A stretch of 63,795 bases of DNA, counting the filler, from Folioceros fuciformis (taxonomy: Eukaryota), in the NCBI GenBank assembly GCA_049999805.1. It is 5 parts of 4 records of this genome, joined end to end, with 100 filler letters (N's around TTAATTAATTAA, not from the genome) between each part and the next. Parts side by side here need not be neighbours in the genome. Positions count along the whole stretch, not along the records: positions 31,189 to 44,961 come from JBNGIO010006139.1; positions 45,062 to 62,321 come from JBNGIO010006139.1; 3 more parts are not named here. The stretch is one strand, 5' to 3'. Of this stretch, positions 36,267 through 49,100 are shown in pieces. The translations under genes and the position numbers were made by a program. Every line of letters begins with the position of its first letter. Positions within the stretch are counted from its first letter, which is position 1. The notes beneath the pieces are model-generated. The model was given only the letters and a program-made list of their open reading frames with translations. It did not search any database and was not told the origin of the DNA.

Positions 36267-39200
36267 TGTGGTACAGCACCTGCAAGAAGTACGTAACCTG
36301 ACAGTGAATAGGGTGATTGCTGCCATGTTAACAGAAGAATCCCGCAAGAAAATTGCTAACACAAGCTTGAGCATGGATAATGTGCTCTATATGAATAAAC
36401 CTTTTAGAGGTCGTGGCAGAGGCCGTCCTTGGATGAGAGGAGGCCGTGGAGGTCGTGGTGGACGTGGAGGTTTCAGACCCCAATCATTTGGCAGTGGCAA
36501 AGGTAGGCCACCCTGCAGCCATTGTGGCATGACCAATCACTCTTGGGATACATGCCGAAAACGCCTTGCTACAGAAAAAGGGAATCCATCAGGCCAACTG
36601 GCCGTGACAATGCAGAAGTACAGTCGTGCTTTTATCTCTAGCACAGTTTCAGGAGGCAGCAGCAGCAGCACATTTGCAGGTGGCAGCACACCTGTCTAGC
36701 CATTTCCAGCAGATTCCTATTGCAATGTAGTGACGTGCTATGCAAACCAGAAGGACAATGCCTGGTATATCGACAGCGGAGCCTCCCAACATATGACTCC
36801 AGATGCTTGCTACTTCACAGACATGAGAGATAGTTCAGCAGCTGAATTCGTATGCCTAGGTGATGATACAAGGCACAAAATACAAGGCTAGGGCACAATA
36901 CATCTCGACCTTGAGCCTTCCCAACATCTGGCCATCCCATATGTTTTATACGTACCTAGGCTGACGAAGAATCTCGTTTCAGTTCGGAAGATCGACGAGT
37001 CCGGATGCTTTGTGTGCTTTGGAGGCTGAAAATGTGTGGTGGAGTCCAAGGAAGGCACATTGCTTGCAACAGGTCACTTAGAAGATGATGACCTGTACCA
37101 TTTAGACATTTAGTCAGCCAAGGCTCATGCAGCCAGCACCTCTCAACATTATGCACGTCCTACCCAAACTTACCTTTGGTATCTCCGCCTTGGACATGTC
37201 AACTTTAAAAAGCTTGCAGCTATGCATAAGGAGCAGTTAGTGGATGGTCTTACCTTGGACCACCTGCAGATTTCGGAGCATGTGAGGCTTGCATCCTCGG
37301 CAAGCACAAGAAGTCTTCCTTCCCTCCGGAGACTCCCACGAGAGCGATTGACATCCTAGGATTGGTGCATTCAGACATATTTGGACCACTACCAAGGTCC
37401 ATTGGAGGCAAAGAATACTGCCTTACATTTATAGATGATGCCTCACGTTTTTGTGTGGTATATTTCCTGCTGTACAAATCAGAAACTTTTAGATGTTTTG
37501 TGGAGTACATGAGAAGGGCTGAGCTGCAGACTAGTCGATGTTTGAAGGCACTCCGATCTGACAATGGAGGCGAATACACGTCTGCTGAATTTGTGAACTT
37601 CTGCAAGTCACATGGCATTGTGAGATAGCTAACGAACCCACATACTCCGCAGCAAAATGGCATAGCAGAAAACAAGAATTGGACCTTGAGACCTCAGCCT
37701 CTACCATGCTCCAATATGCTAACTTACCTAAAAGTTTTTGGGCTGAGGCCGTGGCTTATGCCAACTACATTCAAAACAGAATCCCACACTCTGCTATTCC
37801 AGGCACCACGCCCTATGAGTTATGGACGGGAAGGAGATCAAGTGTAGCTCATATGCGTGTGTTTGGATCTCTTGCGTATGCACAAATTCACAAGGACATC
37901 CGTCATAGGTTTGAACCAAAATCCAAACCATGTATTTTTGTAGGGTTCACAGATGGTATCAAAGGATACAAGCTTGTACATAAGTAGACTAGGAAGGTGA
38001 TACACTCACGAGATGTGGTATTCGTGGAAGGTGTCGAGTTTGCTCAGCAAGTGGGACCAGCCACTTTGAGGACTCGGAGGATGAATCCTCCGACAGTGAA
38101 AACAATGAGCTGATTCTAGGTGATGTAAGAGTGCCGCTTCCTGCTGTTGTGCAACCAGTCCCACAGCATATTCATGCACAGCAGATTCCAGTGCATCAGA
38201 TTCCTGTACAGCATATTCCAGTAGCAGCACCCAAAAATGTGGCACAGTCACCAAGGGTTTACACCCCTTTACGAACTCCTGGACGTGTGGTGAGCAGCAG
38301 GAGCATGCAGGACTCACCTGTCACACCTCATGTGGCATTTAATCTTGGCGATGGGCATGAAGATGCCTCCTCTGGGCATGACGCTGCTCCACCTAAATTG
38401 CAGCAGCGAAGGAAGGACAAACACTCACATCTGGCACCTCGCCAATCAGCTCGTACGCACAGGCATCCTGAATTTTATGAGTTTGAAGATTTCAGGCACC
38501 CAAAAACTCACCTGACCTACTGCTTGAATGCCGGTGCACAGCTGTACGAGCCACAGTCCTATCAAGAGGCTATGAATTGTCCTGATGCTGAGTTATGGCT
38601 GAAGGCCATTGAATCTGAACTTGCATCGTTGTACGAGAATGAAACTTGGACCATAGCAACCTTACCTGAAGGTAGAAAAGCTGTAGGCTGCAGATGGGTC
38701 TTTAAAATTAAGTTGAAGGCTGACGGAAGCATTGAGAGGTACAAGGCTAGGCTTGTGGCAAAAGGATACTCCCAGATTCTTGGGATTGACTATGATGACA
38801 CATTCAGCCCGGTGGTCAAGCTCACGACCCTAAGGCTGTTTGTTGCACTAGCAGCTATCGAGGACCTGGAGTTGGAGCAGTTATATGTCAAAACCGTGTT
38901 CCTCTATGGCAAGCTAGACGAGGAGATCTTTATGGATGTACCTGAAGGGGTTCCAGTCACGTCCAACCTTCCTCGACCTGTGTGCAAATTGAAGAAAACC
39001 ATATACGGACTTAAACAAAGTCCAAGAGCTTGGTATGCACGCATAGACGCCTTCCTAAATGCACTCTCCTATGTCAGTATCCATGCTGACAGCAACATGT
39101 ATGTCAAGCAAGAAGGAAAGAATTTGCTTGCACTTGCCATTTACGTGGATGACATTATTGTCATGAGCAATTCTTGGAAGATGATCAGAATTGTAAAACA

Positions 39201-40411
39201 GCAGCTGGGTTCAGAATTTAAGATGACTGATTCTGGACCTCTTCACTTCTGCTTGGGCATGCATTTGGTGAGAGATCGCAAAGCTGGGACTATATTCTTA
39301 CATAAGGCAAAATACACCAGAGAAATTCTGGCAAGATATGGAATGGAGAACTGCAAGTTAGTGGCAACCCTAGTAGAGCAGAATGTCAAGTATTCTGCAT
39401 AGGTTGGGGACATACCTTAAGAAGAGATCCCTGCAGTCGAGGATTATGCATCCAGAAATGGTAGTGTCATGCATCTGATGATCAGTTCCAGGCCTGACAT
39501 CAGCTTCTCTTCTAGGCTGACGTCTAGGTTTGTATCAAACCCCAATGCCAAGCACAGTGACCTGATGACCAGGCAGTACCGATACCTGGCAGGAACAACA
39601 GATTTGGGGTTACTATACAATGCAAAAGCAGACACGCCGCTTACCTTGGTTGCATACAGTGATGCAAATTGGGCATGAGACCCTAATGACAAACGCAATG
39701 TGTTGAGCTATGTCACCCTCCTAGTTGGAGCTGCAGTTGGATGGAGCAGCAAGAAACAGCCAACAATAGCATTGTCAAGCACAGAGGCTGAATTTAAAAT
39801 CCTTACCGAGGCGAGCAAGGAGATCGTGTGGATAGTTGGAGCCCTTCGAGAGCTGGGCTTCGAACAGTAGCTGCCAATCCGACTGTATTGCAACAATCAA
39901 AGCGCAATCGCGCTCACTATGAACTCGAGGTATCACGCCAGAACTAAGCACATTGGAATCCAGCACCAATATGTCCGAGAGCTAGCTAGAGCTGGGATCA
40001 TTCAGGTGGTGTATTGCCCAACAGAGGCCATGACGGCCGATATTCTGACCAAGGCCTAGGGCGAGTAAAACACTATGAGCATTCAGCTGGCTTGGGCTTG
40101 CGTGCATCAGGGCGCAGCCTCAGGTGGAGCAGGTTAGCTGATTCAGGGTCCAGTATCGGGCATGGTGGCGGAGAGCGTGAAGACTGAAGTGCAGTGCTTG
40201 AAGGCTGAACGAGAGCGTGAGAGAGAGAGACGAAGTTTCTCTCAAGAGTTGAAGTTTCTTTAGTCTAGGTCAAAGTTTCGTAGGCTAATTAGAAGTTTCT
40301 TAAACAGTTAGATAGGTTTATAGATAAAACAAACTATCTAGTAGAATATAAATATAAATATATATATAGAATAGATCTAACAGGCCGCTAACCATTCAAC
40401 TTGAGTGGGAG

Positions 40412-40586
40412 TGATAGGATATTAATTATCCTTTAGTTAGGTCAAGTCTAGGTTAGCTAACCCTAGCGGTTGTAACGGCCGGCATGTCACTTTCCCGTGA
40501 CACCAGCTTGTAAGCTAATCCTATCTAAGCATGCACGGAGTACGCTTGCGCTTGTGCCTATCTATCTTAGTGCTGTGATTGTATCA
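40412..40586 (+). repeat. 3' LTR of copia
   Basis: Near-identical to 34459-34633, preceded by a polypurine tract. Confidence 0.95.
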
Positions 40587-43500
40587 TCGGCTCCTATTGG
40601 TTTGACGGGCTTCCACTTCACGTCCCTTAACGGCCTCCACATATGCAGCGAGGGTAGCACTTCCAACTTGGACACGAGATTAGCATAGCCGTAGATATGA
40701 ATGAGAAAAGGGGAAATCATCGAAGGGCGGGGGGAGGATAGAGTTAAATTCTACCTCTCCTCGTCCATCCTGGCGTACAGGATTTTCCCCCAATCCACCT
40801 TGCTCCCCTTGACCACCTCGTGCACAAATAGGAGCATCTGATCGAACAGATAATCCTGCTCGCGAACCTGCAGGAAACATAGGAACCACCTGGCGAGACC
40901 CATCAGCTGGGAGTTGGCCATATCGCAGACCAGCCATCCATTGGCTTCCTTCTTGGTGCCCGGCTTGAGCAGCATCTCGACGTCCGCTGTACCGCTTTGT
41001 TTCTTCAGGGACTCCAGCACCAGTCCTCCCTCCTCCTGCTGGTCATGGCCATACACCTACCTTACCAGCTCCAGGTTCCACTCTTGGGGTCTGCCCCAAA
41101 TTCCTTCTTCCCGGACAGGCTCTCTCATCTTCAGGATGCACTCCCTGACCAGCTGTGGCACCACATGGTTCCACCTCTGGGTCATGAACCCGAGGCCCAG
41201 TTCTCCGACCAGTCCCCCGGCTTTGACCCTCCAATGCTCCATGTTGGGCCACAGGAGCACATCAATCTTCGGTAAGGGGGCTTCTCCCTCCTGCTCAGGT
41301 ACCATTACTCTCGGTAGCAACTCTGGTTGCGACCTCATTCTGCCTGATTTTTCCCCCGTGCTTCGAACCCTGCTACCCTCTTGCACTTGTGGTTACCGGC
41401 GCTCCCTGCCCCCGCGGACGCCCCTGCCTCAATTACTGCCCCGATAATCCCTGACTTTCTCTAGGGTTTTGTACTACTGTTATCGTTCTACTACCGCCGG
41501 TTCCCCCCTCCACGACGGTTGCCTAACCAGCTACCGTCGCCCAGTCATCACACTCCGGTTTTCCGCCTAAGTCCACCACTACCTAAGCCCCTACCCCATT
41601 TCCTATTTTTTATTTCCTTAGGGGGGGGCATATATAGACACCTGAGTACCCCTGATCCACCAAGGGCCAATAACACTCTTGAACACGCTTCTCCTCGGTC
41701 CTGTCACTCAATCCTGTTGAAACACCAAGGGCCAAGGAGCCTCTTGAGTATGAATACCTTGTTTTATTCCCATACTAAGCCGGTCCATTCGTATCTTCAC
41801 AAAAAAAAACACAACCTGTGCATTCTGCTTTTCAAAATGGGAGTCCCGAAAGTTTTTTTCCTCTACATACTCCCCTTCTCATTTGTTGGCGTCCTTGCCA
41901 ACCTACACATAATATTTCTTCACTCGCCAACCATTAACTTTGGTTGGCAGTGACTGTCTGTCCATCTGTTGCAGCTGAATGGAGCCATTGTCGAAAACTT
42001 CCGTTACCGTGTAGGGCCCCATCCACCTCAAATGCAACTTCCCTGGGAAGTGCATATACCTGTTGTCGTACAACAGGGCCAGATCTCCAAGTACCACCCA
42101 CTCCTGCTTCCTCAGCTTGCGGTCATGCCATTCCTTTCTCTTGGCTTGCACTTCCTACATCGCCTCCAGTGCCTGCTCCCTATCTTCTGTGTGCCTTACG
42201 AAACTAACCAGACGCTCCAGCTGGCTCTAGTCTACGGACATTCGGTTTCCTCTCTGGATGCGCAGAGTCAGGACTTCGAACTCCACAGGCATCATCAGGT
42301 GATGCCCATAAGTGAGGAAGTAGGGCGTCTTCTGAGTGGTAATCCTTTTTGCAGTCCTGTACGCCCATAGTGCTGAGTGGAGGTTAAGGTCCAAGTCATA
42401 AGAATACTCCACTATGAGTTTGTTCAGTATCCGGCATAGGAGTCCGTTCGCTTTCTCTGTCAGCCCGTTTGCCTTTGGGTTGTAAGGGGTAGTTCGTCGA
42501 TGTTGTACGTTGAAGTGCTCCGCCAGGTGAGTGATGACTTCGTTGACAAAATGCATTCCCCTGTCACTCACTAACTCTAGTGGATAGCCATAGTGGGCGA
42601 TCACCTACTCAAACAAGAACTTAGCTACCACATGAGCAGTATCCACCTAGAGCGGCTGCGACTCCACCATTCACGTGCAGTAGTCCGTCACGACCAGAAT
42701 GTACTGATTTTGTCAGACTCAAGTTTTTCGTTGGATTGGCCCCACGAAGTCAATTCCCCATTTCTCGAATGGAGCCAAGGTCACGATCGATACTAGGGGC
42801 CACTGTGTTGTCGAGGTTGGCTTCCCAACTCGCTGACACGCGTCACATCTTTTGACAAACTCAGCCGTGTCTCTATAGACAGTCGGCCACCAGTAACCTG
42901 CTTCCAGCATTTTCCTACAAGTGATATGTGCAGCAAAATGGCCTCCTGCCTCTCCATCTTGCAACCCCTTCAAGACTCTCTCGACCTTCTCTCCTGTCAC
43001 CCAAAGTTGCTGCCTCCAATCTGGTCCCATTCGATACAACTCGCCCTCATTGCGAGTGAATGGCCTAGCATAGTGCACAAAGGCTTGTACCTGTTGTCTT
43101 GATAGGTCGTCGGGAATGACTCCCGTATCCAGGAATCTTGTTACCTCCTGGTAAGTGGGTCTGACGAACTTAACCCTCCCCTTCTCATCTCCTGCTGCGC
43201 CCTCACTCCCATGTCGTCTACGGTTAGGCACAGCCGCTTCGCCCTCCATCTCTACTGTGAACAAAGTTTCATCGGGAAACTCATCCTCCTGATCATGGGC
43301 CACCACCTCCGTCTGAAGTCGCGAGAGGTAGTCAGTGTTGACGTGTTTGCGTCCTTCCCTGGTCTCCACCGTGAAGGTAAAGTCTTGCAACAACAAGATC
43401 CACCTAGCTATTCTTCCTGACAAATCTACCTTGTTCATTAGATGCTTCAGCGCGAAGTGATCCACATGGAAAACGAATTCGTAAGATAGCAAGTAGTTGC

Positions 43501-44367
43501 GGAACTTCTTGACCAAGTACACCATTCCTAGTGCTTCCCTCTTCGTGGTGGTGTACTTCCGCTCTGCCTCAGTGAGTTGTCGTCCAGCGTAGTAAATTGG
43601 GTAGTCCCTTCTCTTCTCATCTCGCTGGCTGACTACTACTCCAATCGCAAAGGCAGAAACGTCGACATACACATGGAACTTTTTACTCCAGTCAGGCCCT
43701 TTAAGCATCGGAGCTATGATAAGTGTCGTCCGCAGATCTGGAAAGCGTCCTCCCTTCGTGACGTCCACTTCCACTCCTCGTCCTTCCTCAGCAGGTTGGT
43801 CAGGGGTGCTGCTCTCTTGGCAAAGTTTTTAATAAACCTTCTGTAGTAGCCCACCATGCCCAGGAATCCTCTCAACTCCTTCAATGTCGTCTGCGGTTGG
43901 AGGGCTGCAATAATCTTCACTTTGTCTGGGTCAACCTCGATCCCTCTAGCTGAGACCCTATGCCCCATCAAAACGCCTTCCGCCATCCCAAAGTAACACT
44001 TCTCCGGATGCAAACATAGCTTGGCCTCCCTACACCTCTCCAGACATTTCCTCAGATGTTGCAGATGATCCTCCTCTGTCCCACATACACAGAAGTCATC
44101 CAAGAAAACTTCCATGAAGTTGCGGAGAAAGTCTTTGAAGATTTTCACGATCGCCCTCATGAATGACCCTGGCGCTCCAGTCAAACCAAAAGCACTGCGC
44201 TTGTAGGCCTACGTTCCCCAATCGGTGGTGAATGCGGTCAGTGGCAAGTCCCTCTCTCGAAGATGCAGCTGGTTGTATCCCGAGTATTCGTCCAAGAAGG
44301 AGTACATCATACGCTTTGCGAGTAAGTCCAAAATGTTGTCAATAAACGGCAATGGGAGATGGTCCTT

Positions 44368-44510
44368 TGTTTGATGGACGTCCCATTTGCCTCACGGTCA
44401 CGTTCATGACCACTGGACTAGCTAGAAAGTGAGTGCTTAGAATTTGTCTTCTTTACACAATCCTGCTGATTGTTAGTCAGCTGATCAGGTTGACGCTGTT
44501 TAGCACGGCA
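44368..44510. repeat. 143-bp TG...CA dispersed repeat (putative short LTR), copy 1, truncating the gypsy RT
   Basis: tgtttgatggacgtcccatttgcc...ttagcacggca, highly similar to 46023-46165. Confidence 0.75.
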
Positions 44511-44961
44511 ACTGTCAAGCCATATTGATTAATTAGGGTATCTAATTAATCAAATAGATATAATTAGGCTAATTGTATGTAATTAGTCTAATTATATGAT
44601 TAGGTAGATCAGGGATAGCTAGGTAGGGAACGTGTGACCCGTTTAGGGTTCAGAACCATCATTGTGCGAAATGGTGGAGAGGTTTCGAGCGTGGGTGGCA
44701 TGGCGACGATGGAGAAGAGGAGGACTGGGGGTAACGGCCAGGAGCAGCATGACAAATAAGTGCTAAACTTCTAGGCTCAGTCCCGCAGTTGTTAGAAGTT
44801 CTCTCGTTGAGCCTAAGCCTGCGGTCAAGGTAGTTGGCCAAGGAACTGCTTAAGAATCCACTACTCAAAAATCAGAGTGAAAGCGTTGATGGGTTGCATT
44901 GCGGTGTGAGCATGTGTGACTAGCAATCTGAGCGTGCCACGCCGGGGCTAGGTGGAGAACT

Positions 44962-45061
44962 NNNNNNNNNNNNNNNNNNNNNNNNNNNNNNNNNNNNNNN
45001 NNNNNTTAATTAATTAANNNNNNNNNNNNNNNNNNNNNNNNNNNNNNNNNNNNNNNNNNNN
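44962..45061. other. Artificial contig-join linker
   Basis: TTAATTAATTAA at 45006-45017 within Ns. Confidence 0.95.
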
Positions 45062-45243
45062 GCTGGACGGTGAGCTGAGGCACTCAGCTCAAGTGCCAGG
45101 GGAATTCCAGCAAGCTATGGTGTCCCGTCCCGGGCATCAGGGTAGCGCCAGTGCTGGATAGTGAGCTGAGGCACTCAACTCAAGCTCTAGAGGAATTCCA
45201 GCAAGCTCGGTGTCCTGTCGCGGGCACCAGGGCAGCGTCAGTG
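45062..45243. repeat. Tandem repeat, ~91-bp unit, 2 copies visible
   Basis: gctgga..gtgagctgaggcactca.ctcaag...gaattccagcaagct..ggtgtcc..gggca.caggg.agcg.cagtgc occurs twice. Confidence 0.75.
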
Positions 45244-46022
45244 CATGGAGGTGCTGAGCAGCCGACTGGTGGACAACGATGGATGGACGTGTGCGTGAGT
45301 GCCAGAAGCCAGGAGGGAGAGACTCAGTGAGCGCAAGCTGAGGCTATCTATGAACTCGAATCGAACCGATTGTGTGGAAGGCCCGCTCACGGAGCTGAGG
45401 AGGTGACCATACAGTTTATGATCTGTAGAAGGAGGACACCTAGGCAAATCCGAACCTATCCAGTCGTAAGCTGGAGCCGGCCGGGGCAAATTGCGTGTGT
45501 GGGAGACGACGTCTGTGCACACGCAAAGCCACCGTCGTTGCATTTAGGACTAAGGAGCCGGGGATCGTGACGCAGTGCCAGGATCACGACATCGTGCTTG
45601 GATTTCAACGGGGTGCTTGGATTGTGACACTGTGTCTGGCCTGTGGCGTGGTGCTTGGATCGCGAAGCTGTGCCTGGACCTCAACGCTGCGACTGGATCG
45701 TGCAGTTGAGCCTGGATTGTAGCGTTGGCATGGCGTGGGCAGGCTATGAGCAGGGGAGGGGACTTGAGCCACGGACAAAGCTGTGAGGGCGGTGACGAGC
45801 ACCGCCAACGCTGTTTGTGGAGGACACCACCGGGATCAAAATCAACACTTGCTAGGCTTTTGTGAGGACACCTACATATACAGTAATGTCTGTTGGACGA
45901 TTGAGGGTTTGTCAGTTGATACAGACAACTGCTTTGGCTGGATGTCACTAGAACATGTCGCGAGGCTGTGTGATGACATTTTTGTATGAGATGTCGATCA
46001 GGACTTGCAAGGGCTACTATTT

Positions 46023-46165
46023 TGTTTGATGGACGTCCCATTTGCCTCACGGTCACGTTCATGACCATTGGACTAGCTAGAAAGTGAGTGCTTAGAATTT
46101 GTCTTCTTTATACAATCCTGCTGATTGTTAGTCAACTGATCAGGTTGATGCTATTTAGCACGACA
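46023..46165. repeat. 143-bp TG...CA dispersed repeat (putative short LTR), copy 2
   Basis: Matches 44368-44510. Confidence 0.75.
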
Positions 46166-49100
46166 TCACGGCTCATCGTCAGCCGCCAACACTCGTTCAC
46201 AAGCTAACCCCCGACATCTCTTTCCACCGCGCGCTCCCCACGAATCTCTCTTAAAACACCTCTCCCCACACCCTTATTACCCCTTGACTTTAGCACACCC
46301 CACACCAGTTCCCCAGCCACTTACCGTCCGCGTTCCGCTCAGTTCACTCCGGATCACTCACAGCAACTTCCAGCCTCACTAGTGTCACACCGATCTCACA
46401 CATCACCCTTCTTTAAGGTCACCATGGCTTCCACACATGCTTCAGACACAAATACAAACCTTGGCCGGGCCTTCCCACGGCTCACTCTCACCCCGCCACA
46501 CAGCGTATCAGTCACACATACAAACAATCAGGCGCCGTCCAACGGCACGCTGCCACGACGGCTCCTCAGACAACTACCTCACGATGTCGACAATTTCTCC
46601 CTGGAGCTCAGGTGCTTCAGCACTCTCGCCACTCTCCCGTCGTCTACTATGGGGGAAAATATTGCACCCGGGGGTGCTGCGAGGTCCACACAAACCCTCT
46701 TTGTTGTTATAGCTTAGGGGTTTGATCCCAAAGGAATGATTTATGCTAAATAACACAGGTTTTCTTACAAAGTCAGTTACTACCCAAGGTCAGACTTTAT
46801 CTACCTCCCACTTCTCTACCTACTGTCAACCACCACTACCTCCGTCGCGACTCCACTACCACGACTCTAAACTACCTTACAGGTCCGCTCGGCTGCCGGA
46901 GGGGTCTCTTCAACTACCGACCTTCCCACTACCTCAGGGGTACTTCCACTACCTTAGCTCTCGACTACCTCGGTCATTACTCCACGATAGTCGTGGGCCC
47001 CACCACCTCAATGGGCCCCACTCTTGGTCTCTCTCTCTTCCTAGGTTCCCTCAGAACTTAATCGATGTTACTACCCCCAGGACTTACGGCCCAACAACCA
47101 CATACACTGAGCGTCACTCTCCACGCTCATCACAGCCCGATTACATTAGAGGCTTCACCCGCCGTCACCGTACTCACCCACGGCTACGATAAGCCTTTAC
47201 TGTCCTCGCACATGTCGCCACTCTTACCACCAGGAGCTTGCACTCAACCACACAACGATCTCCCGGTTGAACATTCACCAACATCCGCCACTTTGCCACC
47301 GCTCTCGGGTCACTCACCTGTCACACTCACTCACTTCCTCTCGCATCCCGTTGCTCTCAACTCATCGATGGCACAGTTCTCACACACAATTTCTTTCCCT
47401 TCCCCCTGTTGTGAAACAACTAGGTTGTCCACACAAACCCCTTAGTGCCCGTTCTCACCAGATTTGCACTCCCTTCAGTCCAGGCTTCTCAATCCACTCT
47501 TACCCGCACACCCTACTTAGAGACTCTCAGACCACAATACTTCGCCCACAGTGCACTTGCTTCTGACTCCACCATACATCGGACACACATATAGTCAATC
47601 ACGCCTCCGACTCTCGAACTCACTCCCACAGCCCATAGTCACGCCGACTTCTCCTTCACATGCTCAGTTTCCAAACATCAGCTACTCAGTCACACATTCA
47701 TGGTTCACACATAATCATTCTTCCTCCTCCTCCTCCTCTGCTCACACACCTCTCTCTGGATTTCTTCTCACTCTCACACTCGGTTTCCAATCCACTCGGT
47801 TTCTCAACTCCCTTTCTCCAACTCGCCCGTCCTAGGGCCTCTCCTCCTTCTCAGTATTCAAGTGAGGGGTAAGGACACTAGGTGTTAAGGGAGCGACTAC
47901 CACTCAACTCCGCGCTGGCGGATTTGGCCTCTCTTGCTTCCACCAACCCACGCGACCGTGACGGGGATAGTTGGGAAGCACGGCTTCCACTCAGTGAGGC
48001 TCCTCCTCCCGATTCGTCCTCGAAACCTTTGTCATGGAACAACCACCACCTGCACGCCACACCTTCAGAACACTACGTTTGCTCGCGTGCTTGGACCTCC
48101 CTGTCCAGCAACAACCATCACTAGGCTTCCGCAAGGTTCGAATGTCGGGCTGGTTTTTGCTGATTTCTTGAGGCACCAAACCGGCCTGTTGTACACGCTA
48201 GTGGCCGTCCCTTCCGCCATAAAGTCTGTCAGGGGATTAGTCAGCACTCTTAATTTCTGAGTGGCTTAGGTCCAAGCAAAAGCAACCTAAAAAAACTATC
48301 CTAGGATGCAATTACTGTCGCCTCTCTCCTCGCCATTGTCGCCTCTCTCCTCGCCATTGTCACCTCCCTCCTAGCCGTCGCGTTCCTCCCCTCACTGGCC
48401 TGCCTCTAGCCCTCCTACCCCGCCGTTGGTCCGGTAGATCCTCCTAGAGGATCTCTACCTCTGCTAGAGCTAGACCTCGTTGGCGACGGCATAGGTGGGT
48501 CCCGTCCCAGGGGCTCCTTCCCTCTCTCCGTCGCCGATTGCTGAGATGAGGATAGGTTCCCACTCAACCCACTGCTATGTCGCCGATTGCTGAGATGAGG
48601 ATAGGTTCCCACTCAACCCACTGCTATGTCTCCTCATCTATCAGCTCCTCTAGGACTGCCTTGGAATAGCAGTGAAGTAGTCCCCACACCCACCAACAGT
48701 AGTAGTAGGACCCCTTGCAGGTCCTCAAATGCAGGCCGTAGCCCTGCTTCCCTCCTGTGCCCACACGTACATATAAAAACAATTTCAGAACTCAACAACA
48801 CAACGCTACACAACGCTACCCTCGATTGCAAAGGAGATGCTTACCCCTTCTTCCCTTCGGCTACCTTGGGTTGCCTGCCGTCGTCTCTCCTAGAGACGAT
48901 CTCCATTCCTCCAGCTGCTCCCCTGCTCAGTCCTCTTGGCTCGAGTCGCTCTTCCAGAATGTCGAGTCCTCCATTCCTCCAGAGTCCTCCATTCCTCGAG
49001 AGTCCTCCATTCCTCCAACTGCTGAACGTCGGGTCCTCCATTCCTTCCTCCATTCCTCCAACTGCTGCTCCCTTGCTCAGTCCTCTTGGCTCGAGTCGCT

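Larger units (their letters stand above)
34459..40586 (+). mobile_element. Full-length but decayed Ty1/copia LTR retrotransposon with 175-bp LTRs and 5-bp TSD TCGGC
   Basis: LTRs 34459-34633 and 40412-40586 (TG...CA, 3 mismatches); TSD at 34454-34458 and 40587-40591; PBS TGGTATCAAAGC at 34634; PPT GAGTGGGAG at 40403; gag KFDGTNYHIW, WYIDSGASQHM, integrase, RT YVDDIIV, RNaseH TKHIGIQHQYVRE. Confidence 0.96.
32352..41338 (-). pseudogene. Accessory gene of the gypsy element (~860 codons), split by the copia insertion and containing a 267-bp GT-AG intron (34344-34078)
   Basis: ATG at 41338 (MRSQPELLPR...VVPQLVRECI). The frame continues across the copia TSD, then resumes in phase after the intron as Glu-rich/coiled-coil ORFs (33874-34059, 33559-33774, 32651-33445). 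Scattered stops and at least one frameshift. Confidence 0.6.
31188..44367 (-). mobile_element. Degenerate Ty3/gypsy (Athila/Tat-like) retrotransposon: RT-RNaseH-integrase plus a 3' accessory ORF region, interrupted by a copia
   Basis: RT VFLDDFCV and LRGFLGMVGYYRRFIKNF (43714-44367); RNaseH VDVSAFAIG...ERKYTTTKREAL; integrase zinc finger and PFEKWGIDFVGP, SDRGMHF, GPYTVTEVFDNGS...KVNGWRVKKY (41903-43000). Domain order is gypsy type. LTRs not seen. Confidence 0.88.
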
